Source of the DNA: Vulcanimicrobiota bacterium
GTDB taxonomy: Bacteria; Vulcanimicrobiota; Vulcanimicrobiia; Vulcanimicrobiales; Vulcanimicrobiaceae
Direction: 5' to 3'
NCBI GenBank assembly: GCA_963833095.1
Contig: CAWHWQ010000004.1
Span: 206,702 to 270,701 of the forward strand
DNA: 64,000 nucleotides
Every line of letters begins with the position of its first letter. Within the stretch, counting starts at the first letter, position 1. A program made the translations under genes and the position numbers. Below the pieces are notes generated by a model. The model ran no database searches. It had not been told where the DNA came from and saw only the letters and a program-made list of their open reading frames with translations. Positions 22,843-31,591 of the stretch are shown here, piece by piece.

Positions 22843-23232
22843 TCACTGCGCACTATGCGTTTCCGACGTCATTGGCTCGACCCATTGCGCGCGCCACGCC
22901 GCGGGAGCAATTGGTTCCCCGAAGTACTGAGTTTCGTGGAATACTTTGTCTCCTCGGAACTCGTGGATGCTCACCGTATACCAAGGCTTTCCGTCATACG
23001 TGATAATGACCTCGCTTACCCAAACGGGGCCGCTGCCCATTATCCGCAGCACTTTAGATATACTCGGATGACCTCGCTCTGCACGGCGCTGAGCGATCAG
23101 GTTTGCAAGGCCGCGTATTCGTTCGCCCGATTGAGGGAAGTCCCAAATGACGTCTTCCGCGTAGAGGTCGCCCGACATCGGATTCGCCCAACGCTGCTCG
23201 ATCATCGAGATCCGAATAGCAGATTCGTCCAT
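22843..23232 (-). CDS. SnoaL/NTF2-like protein
   Basis: YAEDVIWDFPQSGERIRG, WVSE, ETQYF, PA.WRAQWVE. Confidence 0.85.
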   Translation of the reverse strand: MDESAIRISMIEQRWANPMSGDLYAEDVIWDFPQSGERIRGLANLIAQRRAERGHPSISKVLRIMGSGPVWVSEVIITYDGKPWYTVSIHEFRGDKVFHETQYFGEPIAPAAWRAQWVEPMTSETHSAQ

Positions 23233-23263
23233 AAAGTACTCCTAAGAACCACCTTCGTTGATT

Positions 23264-23300
23264 TGTCATCCCGAGCGCAGCGAAGCGGAGTCGAGGGACC
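23264..23300 (+). repeat. palindromic repeat copy
   Basis: TGTCATCCCGAGCGCAGCGAAGCGGAGTCGAGGGACC. Confidence 0.85.
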
Positions 23301-23394
23301 GTTACCTACCCGTGCACCGCGAAGAAAAAGGCAACGAACGACGCCAAAATTACGGTGGTCTGCCCTACGATGCAGAATTTAAGAACCCTTAGGT

Positions 23395-23545
23395 GAGAGT
23401 CGAGCTTCCTCTCGATCCGATCGCAGCGCTCGTTGAGCGCAACCGAGAGCCAGTCGGGCTGTGCGCTCAAGGCGGTCTCCTTCTCGCCATCCTAGCCCAC
23501 CTCGCGCAGCGATAACAAGGGGCCCCTGAGGGACGCTCGCAGAAG
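23395..23545 (+). promoter_or_regulatory. structured panB leader, candidate cis-regulatory RNA
   Basis: TTGAGCGCA (23433-41) and TGCGCTCAA (23462-70) form a stem enclosing CCGAGAGCCAGTCGG; long non-coding leader. Confidence 0.35.
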
Positions 23546-23556
23546 CACAAACGGCT

Positions 23557-24387
23557 ATGGCACAGACCCGCCAACTCAAAGAAGACGCTCGCCCATACGA
23601 GCCGGCCAAGGGTCCGGCACTACGACGCGTCACCGCCGGCGCTATCAAGCGGCGCAAAGGCACAACTATCGTCCCCATGATCACCGCATACGATGCGCCG
23701 TTCGGGCGTTACGCTGAAGAAGCGGGCATCGATTGGATTCTCGTCGGTGATAGTCTCGGGAACGTCGTACTCGGATTCGACGAAACGACGCCGGTGACAA
23801 TGGATGACATGGTCCATCACACCGCCGCCGTCGTGCGCGGCACATCGCGTGCGCACATCATTGCCGACATGCCCTTCGGCTCGTATCAAGTCAGCGACGA
23901 AGAGGCGCTGCGCAACGCGATTCGCCTGGTCAAAGAAGGCGGCGCAATGTCCGTCAAACTCGAGGGTGGCAGCAACGAAGCCGCGCGCATCCGCGCCATC
24001 GCGCGTGCCGGTATTCCGGTTGTCGGTCACATCGGTATCACGCCGCAAACAGCCGGGCTTGGTCCCGGCTATCGTATGCGTACCCATCGCGATCGATTGA
24101 TGGAGGATGCGCTCGCGGTCGAAGCCGCCGGCGCCTACGCGATCGTGCTCGAAGTCGTCGATTTCGAAATCGCGCGCGAACTCACCGAAAAGCTTTCCAT
24201 TCTCACGGTCGGCATCGGTGCGGGATCACACTGCGATTCGCAAGTGCTGGTCATGCACGACGTGCTCGGCATGTACCCGCACTCGCCGCCGTTCGTCAAA
24301 CGCTTTGCCGAGATCGGCATCGCGATAACGAACGCCCTACGCGAGTATGCGAGCGCGGTAAAGGAAGGCGACTTCCCCGCCAAGTGA
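23557..24387 (+). CDS. panB: ketopantoate hydroxymethyltransferase
   Basis: MITAYD, LVGDSLG, ADMPFGSY, VKLEGG, GHIG.TPQ, GIGAG. Confidence 0.96.
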   Translation: MAQTRQLKEDARPYEPAKGPALRRVTAGAIKRRKGTTIVPMITAYDAPFGRYAEEAGIDWILVGDSLGNVVLGFDETTPVTMDDMVHHTAAVVRGTSRAHIIADMPFGSYQVSDEEALRNAIRLVKEGGAMSVKLEGGSNEAARIRAIARAGIPVVGHIGITPQTAGLGPGYRMRTHRDRLMEDALAVEAAGAYAIVLEVVDFEIARELTEKLSILTVGIGAGSHCDSQVLVMHDVLGMYPHSPPFVKRFAEIGIAITNALREYASAVKEGDFPAK

Positions 24388-25022
24388 ACGGCCCGCAGTT
24401 CGACGACGCGTTTCGCGCGCGGCTGCACGACCTTTTTCGATGGCGCCGCGACGTGCGACACTTTCGCAAGCAGCCCGTTTCGCGCGAAGACATCGAAGCG
24501 CTGGTGCGTGAAACCGCGCTCTCTCCGTCGGTTGGTTTTTCGCAACCCTGGCGCTTCGTGCGGGTCGATGCTACGGAGCGGCGCCAATCAGTCACCGCCT
24601 CATTCGAACGCGCGAACGCCGATGCACTGGCCGGGTACGCGGGCGATGACGCGCTCAAGTACGCGACCCTCAAACTTTCGGGATTGCGCAATGCGCCGGT
24701 GCACCTCGCCGTGTTTTGCGATGCCTCGACAACGACCGGCAAGGGATTGGGACGCGCCACGATGCCCGAGATGCTCGCCTATTCCGCGGCCAATGCCGTC
24801 TACACGTTTTGGCTTGCGGCTCGGGCGCGTGGGATCGGCGCCGGATGGGTCTCCATTCTCGATCCGGAAACGGTGACGCAGACGCTCGAGGTTCCGCCCG
24901 AGTGGAAGCTCATCGCGTATCTCTGCGTCGGCTATCCGGCCGACGAATCCGATTCACCCGAACTCGAACGCGCGGGCTGGGAATCGCGCGACGACCGCGC
25001 AACGACGGTGTACGAGCGCTAG
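24384..25022 (+). CDS. bluB: 5,6-dimethylbenzimidazole synthase
   Basis: WRRDVRHF, SPSVGFSQPWRF, LKLSGL, GLGRATMPE, GWVSI, PELERAGW. Confidence 0.92.
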   Translation: MNGPQFDDAFRARLHDLFRWRRDVRHFRKQPVSREDIEALVRETALSPSVGFSQPWRFVRVDATERRQSVTASFERANADALAGYAGDDALKYATLKLSGLRNAPVHLAVFCDASTTTGKGLGRATMPEMLAYSAANAVYTFWLAARARGIGAGWVSILDPETVTQTLEVPPEWKLIAYLCVGYPADESDSPELERAGWESRDDRATTVYER

Positions 25023-25060
25023 TAGTCATCCGAGCGGGCGGCTCGAGCGTACTACGAAGT

Positions 25061-25219
25061 ATGCGGTTCCTCTCGCACCTCTTCCCCGTCGTCATGGTAG
25101 TCTTCGTCGCCATCGCCGTAACGCAATTTTCACTCGCCTGGGGCAATGCGCAGCGTGGCATCCTTCTCTACGAGCGGACCTGCCCGCTCAATAGCGGTCC
25201 TGAGGCGCCTTCCCTCTAA
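25061..25219 (+). CDS. small single-TM/secreted hypothetical protein (52 aa)
   Basis: MRFLSHLFPVVMVVFVAIAV...; fills the gap between bluB and the next gene. Confidence 0.4.
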   Translation: MRFLSHLFPVVMVVFVAIAVTQFSLAWGNAQRGILLYERTCPLNSGPEAPSL

Positions 25220-25229
25220 AGCCTCGCCC

Positions 25230-26192
25230 ATGAACCGGCGTGCCTTTGCCGGGGGCGCCGCCGCCTCCGTTACCGCGAGTATGCTCGGCGGTTGTTCAGG
25301 CTCCGAACCGCGCGCGCTGCCGGGCGTTCCGCCTCGCCTTTCCTACGATGATTCGGTGCGAGCGATTCGCGCTGTGATCGCTCGCGATGCAGCCGATGCG
25401 ACGCTCATCCATGAGGCTTTGCCGCGTCTCTACGAACATGGCGGCCCGGTCGAGAACGCGGTCATTCTTTTTCATGGATTCACGAATTGCCCGCAACAGT
25501 TCGACCTGCTTGCACGGCAATTCTACGCGCGTGGCTGTAACGTCTACGTGCCGCGCATTCCGCGCCACGGGCAGAGAGACCGTGTCACCACGACGCTTGC
25601 GAACCTTACCATCGACGAGTTGGGAACGAGCACGCTGGATGCGTTTACTTTTGCGCGAGGACTCGGCCGGCGCCTGAGTTCGGTCGGCTTATCGCTCGGC
25701 GGATCGATGTCGCTGTGGCTCGCTCAAGCGATGCCGATCGATCGCGCCGTCGCCGTTTCGCCGTTTCTCATGCCGATCGGCATTCCCCGAGGCATCGGCA
25801 CGGCAGCGATGCGCACACTCTACACGATCCCGAGCATGTACTGGTGGTGGGACCCGCGCGTAAAACAACATTGCCTGCCCACCTACGCCTATCCCGGCTA
25901 TCCAACGCACGGTCTTGCTGAAGTGACGTTCTTCGGCGATAAGCTCTTCGCGTACTCACATGGCAAGCCGCTCGGAAAAAATTGTATCCTCGTTACCAAT
26001 GCGAACGAAAGCGCGGTGAACAACTCGGTGTCGCGCGACCTGCTCGCGCAATGGAAGACCAGTGGCGCAAACGTATCCGAGGTCGTGCTGAGCGGCCTGG
26101 GTCCGCCGCGCCACGATATCATCGATCCGACGACGTTTCCGCAAGGTGTGAAGTTGGTTTATCCGCGGCTCATCGACATGGTTCTTAGCTAA
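25230..26192 (+). CDS. Tat-exported lipoprotein alpha/beta hydrolase
   Basis: MNRRAF signal, LGGC lipobox, FHGFTN.P, GLSLGG, HD. Confidence 0.85.
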   Translation: MNRRAFAGGAAASVTASMLGGCSGSEPRALPGVPPRLSYDDSVRAIRAVIARDAADATLIHEALPRLYEHGGPVENAVILFHGFTNCPQQFDLLARQFYARGCNVYVPRIPRHGQRDRVTTTLANLTIDELGTSTLDAFTFARGLGRRLSSVGLSLGGSMSLWLAQAMPIDRAVAVSPFLMPIGIPRGIGTAAMRTLYTIPSMYWWWDPRVKQHCLPTYAYPGYPTHGLAEVTFFGDKLFAYSHGKPLGKNCILVTNANESAVNNSVSRDLLAQWKTSGANVSEVVLSGLGPPRHDIIDPTTFPQGVKLVYPRLIDMVLS

Positions 26193-26196
26193 GCGC

Positions 26197-27978
26197 CTAC
26201 ACATCCGCCAAGCTGCGATAGGCTTGCAGCACGTCGCGGCGTGTGACGATGCCCAGCAGATGCTCGTCGGTGGGATCCACCACCGGTAAGAGCGGCACCG
26301 GCGCATCGGCCATCAGCGTAGCCGCACGCTCCACGGTGTCATCGGCGTGCAGCACGTGGGTCATCGGTTGGACCAGACTCGAGATGCGCTCGCGCCCGCG
26401 ACCTTCGGCAACGGCGCGCGCCAAATCAGCCGACGTCACGATGCCGATAAAGCGCCGGCCGCTGCAGACCGGAACCGCCAGCTCGCCGGCCTCCCCTTCG
26501 CGCAGCGCAACGCTTGCGATCTCGTCGTTCAACTGCGCGACCACCGGCGGATCGCGTCGTATCGTGTCAACGTTGAGGCGACTGAGAAAACGTGGACGGC
26601 GGACACGCTGCCAGTCGATGCCGCGTCGAATCAACTTCATTTCGTACACCGTCGAGCCGAGCATGCGCCGCCCCAGTACCGTCGCAATTACCACGCATAC
26701 CATCAGCGGCAAAATGATCCGGTAATCGTTCGACATCTCAAAGACGATGATAATCGCCGTCATTGGCGCTTCGGATGCCGCAGCAAACAGCGCGGCCATG
26801 CCGACGAGGCCATACGCGGCGCCGGGTGCCGTCCATAGCGGGAAGACCTGATGCACGAGGCGTCCAAAAGCATCGCCCAAAAACGCGCCGGTGAAGAGCG
26901 ATGGCGCAAAGACGCCGCCCGATCCGCCCGAACCCAGCGTGAGCGACGTCGCAAGAGGCTTGGCGATCGCAAGCGCAAGCGCGCGATCCGCGCCGACATG
27001 TTGATCGAGCACCTGCTGCATCGACACGTAGCCGACGCCGAAGATCTGCGGAATCCAAATGCCGATCACGCCGACCAAGCCGAAGCCGATGCCGCCTTTG
27101 ACCCACGAGGGAATCTTGAATTCTTCGAAGCGGTCTTCAAAGAAATACAGCATGCGTACAAAGCCGGTCGCCCACACCGCGGCGATCACGCCCAGAATCG
27201 CATAGAAGAACAATTCATACGGAGAGACCAGTTCAAATCCGGCCGCCGAGAACGAGGCATGATCGCCGAAATACGCGCGGCCAATTACCGCCGAAATCAC
27301 TGACGACACCACGATCGCGGCAAACGAGCGCGGCGCGAACTCCCCGAGAATGACTTCGGCGGCAAAGAATACGCCGCCGATCGGGGCATTGAACGTCGCC
27401 GAGATTCCCGCCGCGGCGCCGCACGCGACCAGCGTTCGCACGATCGGCGCCGGCGCGCGCACCAATTGCCCAAGGAGCGAGCCGATGGTCGAACCGATCT
27501 GCACGATCGGCCCTTCCCGTCCGCAGCTTCCGCCAAAGCCGATCGAGGTCGCCGAGGCCAAGGCTTTGATGGCGATCACGCGCGGGCGCATCTTGCCGCC
27601 ACGCAGCGCGACGGCTTCCATGACTTCAGGCACGCCGTGCCCCTTGGCTTCCGGGGCGAAGGTCGATGTGATCCAGGCAGCGATGATGCCGCCGATCGCG
27701 AGCTGCACCACGATCGCCGCCACGCCGATCACTCTGCCCAGCGATGCGCCGATGACGTTGAATGCAAGAAACGTTTCGCCGGTAATGAGCGCGCGAAAGG
27801 CGACGGCTCCAAAGCCCCCGCCGAGGCCGACGATGACCGCAGTCACCATCAAAAACGTCGTCTGGGATACCGTTACGCGTCCGACGCGCAGTTGGGATCG
27901 CCCGTCTTTAAGGACGTACTCGATCACTCGGCGGCGGTTATCCGACCATCGCGCGCGCATCGTGCGCAGCGGGAACAT
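26197..27978 (-). CDS. ClC chloride channel/antiporter with CBS pair (start uncertain)
   Basis: GHGVPE, GREGP, FNAPIGG..F..E, GGVFAP, C-terminal CBS domains. Confidence 0.92.
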   Translation of the reverse strand: MFPLRTMRARWSDNRRRVIEYVLKDGRSQLRVGRVTVSQTTFLMVTAVIVGLGGGFGAVAFRALITGETFLAFNVIGASLGRVIGVAAIVVQLAIGGIIAAWITSTFAPEAKGHGVPEVMEAVALRGGKMRPRVIAIKALASATSIGFGGSCGREGPIVQIGSTIGSLLGQLVRAPAPIVRTLVACGAAAGISATFNAPIGGVFFAAEVILGEFAPRSFAAIVVSSVISAVIGRAYFGDHASFSAAGFELVSPYELFFYAILGVIAAVWATGFVRMLYFFEDRFEEFKIPSWVKGGIGFGLVGVIGIWIPQIFGVGYVSMQQVLDQHVGADRALALAIAKPLATSLTLGSGGSGGVFAPSLFTGAFLGDAFGRLVHQVFPLWTAPGAAYGLVGMAALFAAASEAPMTAIIIVFEMSNDYRIILPLMVCVVIATVLGRRMLGSTVYEMKLIRRGIDWQRVRRPRFLSRLNVDTIRRDPPVVAQLNDEIASVALREGEAGELAVPVCSGRRFIGIVTSADLARAVAEGRGRERISSLVQPMTHVLHADDTVERAATLMADAPVPLLPVVDPTDEHLLGIVTRRDVLQAYRSLADV

Positions 27979-29308
27979 TCGGATACACGCCCGTCAAACA
28001 GCCCAGGCACATCTCGTCACGCTCGCGGCCCGTCGCCGTCACGAGGCCGGCGAGCGAGAGATAGCCCAGCGAATCGGCCCCGGTCTTCTCGCGAATCTCT
28101 TCGATCGAGTAATTGGCGGCGATCAATTCGTCGTAGGTCGCCATGTCGACACCGAGGTAGCACGGATGTTTGATCGGGGGCGAGGTAATGCGCAAGTGCA
28201 CTTCTTTTGCACCCGCATCGCGCAACAGCTTGACGATCCGCGGCGTGGTGGTTCCACGCACGATCGAATCGTCGACCACGACCACGCGCTGTCCGCGCAG
28301 ATTCTCCACCACCGGGTTGAACTTCAATTGCACGCCGCGCGCGCGCAGGCCCTGATCCGGACTGATGAACGTGCGCCCGATGTAGCGGTTCTTGATCAGA
28401 CCCTCGATATACGGCAGGCCGCTTTCGGTAGCGTAGCCGATGCCGCCGGGCACGGCCGAGTCGGGGATCGCCATCACCACATCGGCGTCGACGGGATGCT
28501 CTTTTGCCAGCGCGCGGCCCATTGCGTAACGCGCCATGTAGATCGAACGACCGTTGAGCGTTGAATCGGGGCGCGCGAAGTAGATGTATTCGAACATGCA
28601 CAACGCTGGATGCGCGCGCTCGTTGACCACGATCGTCGATTCGATGCCCTCGGGCGTGATGCGAACCACTTCGCCGGGTTCGATTTCGCGCACGTATTTT
28701 GCGCCGATGGTCGGCAGCGCGCATGACTCCGATGCGACGGCGTAGCCGCCCTCGTCGAAGATGCCCAGGCACAGCGGACGCACGCCCCACGGATCGCGAA
28801 ACGCATACAACTCGTCTTTGGTGCAAAGCACGATCGAGTAGGCGCCGCGCGCGACCGACAGCACGTGTTTGATGCGGTCGAGCATGGTACCGGATGCCTC
28901 GACGATGGTCTTGGCCATCACTTCGGAATCCGAGGTGGCCTGCAGCGTGGTGCTGGGTGAAAGCGATTCGCGCAGGTCGTCCGTGTTGGTGATGTTGCCG
29001 TTGTGCGCAAAGGCGAAGTCGCCGATCTCGGTTGATTCCAGCAGCGGCTGCGCGTTGACCACGATCGAAGATCCGGTGGTGGAATAGCGGGTGTGACCGA
29101 TGGCGATGTAACCGGTCAGCTCGGCGAGCGACTCCTCGTCGAAGATCGCGCCGATGAGGCCCATATCTTTATGCGAACGAATCGTGCCGCCGTCGGCGGC
29201 AGCGATGCCGGCGGACTCTTGTCCCCGGTGCTGCAGGGCGTAAAGCCCAAAGTACGCCAAGCGTGCGGCTTCACGCCCAGGCGCCAGTATCCCCGTAATC
29301 CCGCACAT
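27938..29308 (-). CDS. purF: amidophosphoribosyltransferase
   Basis: MCGI, QHRGQESAG, GHTRYST, VDDSIVRGTT. Confidence 0.97.
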   Translation of the reverse strand: MCGITGILAPGREAARLAYFGLYALQHRGQESAGIAAADGGTIRSHKDMGLIGAIFDEESLAELTGYIAIGHTRYSTTGSSIVVNAQPLLESTEIGDFAFAHNGNITNTDDLRESLSPSTTLQATSDSEVMAKTIVEASGTMLDRIKHVLSVARGAYSIVLCTKDELYAFRDPWGVRPLCLGIFDEGGYAVASESCALPTIGAKYVREIEPGEVVRITPEGIESTIVVNERAHPALCMFEYIYFARPDSTLNGRSIYMARYAMGRALAKEHPVDADVVMAIPDSAVPGGIGYATESGLPYIEGLIKNRYIGRTFISPDQGLRARGVQLKFNPVVENLRGQRVVVVDDSIVRGTTTPRIVKLLRDAGAKEVHLRITSPPIKHPCYLGVDMATYDELIAANYSIEEIREKTGADSLGYLSLAGLVTATGRERDEMCLGCLTGVYPNVPAAHDARAMVG

Positions 29309-29320
29309 GGTCTGGCCTAG

Positions 29321-29986
29321 CTATTCGCTACGACGGCTGCCCCCACCCATGATCGACAGCAAAGCCAGAAAGATGTTGATCGAGTCGAGATAGATCGAGA
29401 CCGCTATTTGCACGGGAGTCAGGCCGTCGCCGCCCGCGCGAATACGCGCAAAGTCCACAAGCACGATCGCCGTGAAGATGACCAGGATCGCCCACGAATA
29501 GATCGTCGGCGAGAGGAAGTGCACGAAGAGCGAGATGATTCCGATGACCACCAAAGCGAGCAACGCGCCGAAAATGATCCCCGAGAAACGTCGCAGATCA
29601 AGGCCGGTCGCATACACGATCGCCCCGAGCGCAAACATCCCAAGGCCGGTCGTCAGCGCCGCATTGAACACGACCGCGCTGCCTGCGACGTGCAGGTAGT
29701 AGGTCACGATCGGCGAGATAAAGATGCCTTCGAGAAACGCGAAGAGGTAAAAGATCGCAAGCGACAGCGCGCCGTTTGCCTTCGTCGCGTTCATGACGAA
29801 GAGCAGAATGAACGATCCGAAGAACGCGATCCAGCTCGGCCCCGTGCCGACGTTCGGAAAGAGATAGACGGCAAGCGCGCTGATGCACCAGCCGAGCGCG
29901 GTGATTCCCAGCACCTGCGCAAGAAGCGACTGCGGCTTTACCGTAACGGCCGAGCCGTACGGTGCCGGTTGATATCGATAAGCCAT
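29321..29986 (-). CDS. Bax inhibitor-1/YccA family protein
   Basis: Multi-TM; IYLDSINIF..LL motif; GGAGG RBS. Confidence 0.88.
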   Translation of the reverse strand: MAYRYQPAPYGSAVTVKPQSLLAQVLGITALGWCISALAVYLFPNVGTGPSWIAFFGSFILLFVMNATKANGALSLAIFYLFAFLEGIFISPIVTYYLHVAGSAVVFNAALTTGLGMFALGAIVYATGLDLRRFSGIIFGALLALVVIGIISLFVHFLSPTIYSWAILVIFTAIVLVDFARIRAGGDGLTPVQIAVSIYLDSINIFLALLSIMGGGSRRSE

Positions 29987-30038
29987 GGCTCTTGTAGATA
30001 ACCTCCTTGCGGCCTTCGGGTTACACGTTTACGTCCCC

Positions 30039-30075
30039 GTCACCCTGAGGTGCCCGCGAAGCGGGCCTCGAAGGG
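30039..30075 (+). repeat. palindromic repeat abutting an SOS promoter
   Basis: GTCACCCTGAGGTGCCCGCGAAGCGGGCCTCGAAGGG. Confidence 0.85.
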
Positions 30076-30076
30076 C

Positions 30077-30105
30077 TTGATACGAACGTATGTTCGTATT
30101 ATACT
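30077..30105 (+). promoter_or_regulatory. promoter with a LexA (Cheo-type) box
   Basis: TTGATA, 17 nt, TATACT; CGAAC-GTAT-GTTCG (30083-30096) lies in the spacer. Confidence 0.85.
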
Positions 30106-30114
30106 GGCGGGAAC

Positions 30115-31002
30115 ATGCGCGGAGTGGAGATCGTCGAGCAGCAGGCCAAGAGCATCCTCAATGCGGTGACCGGCATGCCGTTCCGGTGGTCGATCAACCC
30201 CTATCGGGGCTGCTACCACCAGTGCCGCTTCTGCTACGCCCGCCGTACCCACACCTACCTCGAAGAGGACGGGGTCAACGGCTGGGGCTCCAAGATCTAC
30301 GTGAAGGTCAATGCGGCCGCGGTCGTGCGCACGGAGCTGGCCAAGCGAAGTTGGAAGCGCGAGACGGTGGCGATCGGCACGGTCACCGATCCGTATCAGC
30401 CGCTCGAGGGACGCTACCGGATCACCCGCGGCATCCTCGAGGCGATGCGCGACTACCAGTCGCCGGCGAACCTGATCACCCGCTCACCGCTGGTCGTGCG
30501 CGACATCGACGTACTCCAAGACCTCGCGCGCGCCGCCGGCACGCACATCTCGATCAGCATTTCGACGCTCGATGAGCAACTCGCGCGTGAAATCGAACCG
30601 ACCGTTGCGCCGCCGCGCCAGCGTCTGCGCGCAGTACGGATGCTCGCCGACGCCGGTATCGCGGTAAGCGTTGCGCTCGCGCCCGTTCTTCCGCACATCA
30701 CCGATTCGCCCGAATCGATTGACGCGGTCGTGCGCGCCGCGCGCGAAGCCGGCGCCGCCAAAGTCTGGCACAACACGTTGTATTTGCACGACATCACGCG
30801 CGACTCGTTCTTCGCGTATCTTCGCGAGTATAAACCCGAATTGATTGCTCAGTATGCGCAGGAGTATCGCGGAACGTACGCACCGCGCGCCATTGCCGAT
30901 CGAGTCAGCGCCAACGTCCACGAGGCGACCGCGCGCAATCCCGCGCGTGTCACTGCACCGCGCATTCAAACGCAAGCCGCCCTGCAGCTCTCGCTGATCT
31001 AA
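30115..31002 (+). CDS. SplB/Rv2578c-like radical SAM DNA-repair protein
   Basis: INPYRGCYHQCRFCYAR CxxxCxxC, TDPYQP.E; C-terminal QLSLI resembles a clamp-binding motif. Confidence 0.9.
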   Translation: MRGVEIVEQQAKSILNAVTGMPFRWSINPYRGCYHQCRFCYARRTHTYLEEDGVNGWGSKIYVKVNAAAVVRTELAKRSWKRETVAIGTVTDPYQPLEGRYRITRGILEAMRDYQSPANLITRSPLVVRDIDVLQDLARAAGTHISISISTLDEQLAREIEPTVAPPRQRLRAVRMLADAGIAVSVALAPVLPHITDSPESIDAVVRAAREAGAAKVWHNTLYLHDITRDSFFAYLREYKPELIAQYAQEYRGTYAPRAIADRVSANVHEATARNPARVTAPRIQTQAALQLSLI

Positions 31003-31005
31003 CCT

Positions 31006-31064
31006 TGTCATCCCGAGCGTACGTGGGTGAACGCTATGCGTTCACCCACGTAGTCGAGGGACCG
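31006..31064 (+). repeat. palindromic repeat with nested hairpin
   Basis: TGTCATCCCGAGCGT-ACGTGGGTGAACGC-tat-GCGTTCACCCACGT-AGTCGAGGGACC. Confidence 0.88.
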
Positions 31065-31066
31065 CC

Positions 31067-31207
31067 TCAAACCTCTGCGTCGGGTTGACGCCGTCGTCGC
31101 TCGATAGCCTCGAACTGCGCATCGATTCGATCGAAACGAGCCATGAACATCGCCCGAAAGTCGAGCAGAGCGTCGAGAACGTCACGCATGGTCGGTTGAT
31201 CTTCCAT
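31067..31207 (-). CDS. 46-aa putative coiled-coil microprotein
   Basis: MEDQPTMRDVLDALLDFRAMFMARFDRIDAQFEAIERRRRQPDAEV*; starts 9 nt after the upstream gene's stop. Confidence 0.5.
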   Translation of the reverse strand: MEDQPTMRDVLDALLDFRAMFMARFDRIDAQFEAIERRRRQPDAEV

Positions 31208-31216
31208 GGGCACAGT

Positions 31217-31591
31217 CTACCGCGCGAACACGAGCAGAATCAACGTAACAAATGTTGTAGCGTGGAGGATCAAATGCTGCGTGTTTGGCGTGACGCGCGT
31301 GCGAGCCGGCCGCGCACGCGCCGGGATGAGATAGGGAATCCACCAGGCCTGGATTTGCCCAAGGAAGAGCGCACCGTAGCTGATCCATAGCCACGCGTAG
31401 AGCCAGCCTGGATACGGTGTATAGCGAAAGAACGCGCTACACAGCAGACCAAAGGCAAATGGCAGCGTTTGGACCGCGGTCACCGTCACCATGTGCCGCA
31501 GCGTCTTTTGCGCGCGAATGTCCATCGCGAGGAGAGCGACTTGCAATCCTTGCAGCGCAAGCAGCAGATCCCGCGCGACCACACCGTTCAT
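31217..31591 (-). CDS. membrane hypothetical protein
   Basis: Hydrophobic helices, AWWIPYL, PNT.H; start abuts the purD stop. Confidence 0.65.
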   Translation of the reverse strand: MNGVVARDLLLALQGLQVALLAMDIRAQKTLRHMVTVTAVQTLPFAFGLLCSAFFRYTPYPGWLYAWLWISYGALFLGQIQAWWIPYLIPARARPARTRVTPNTQHLILHATTFVTLILLVFAR

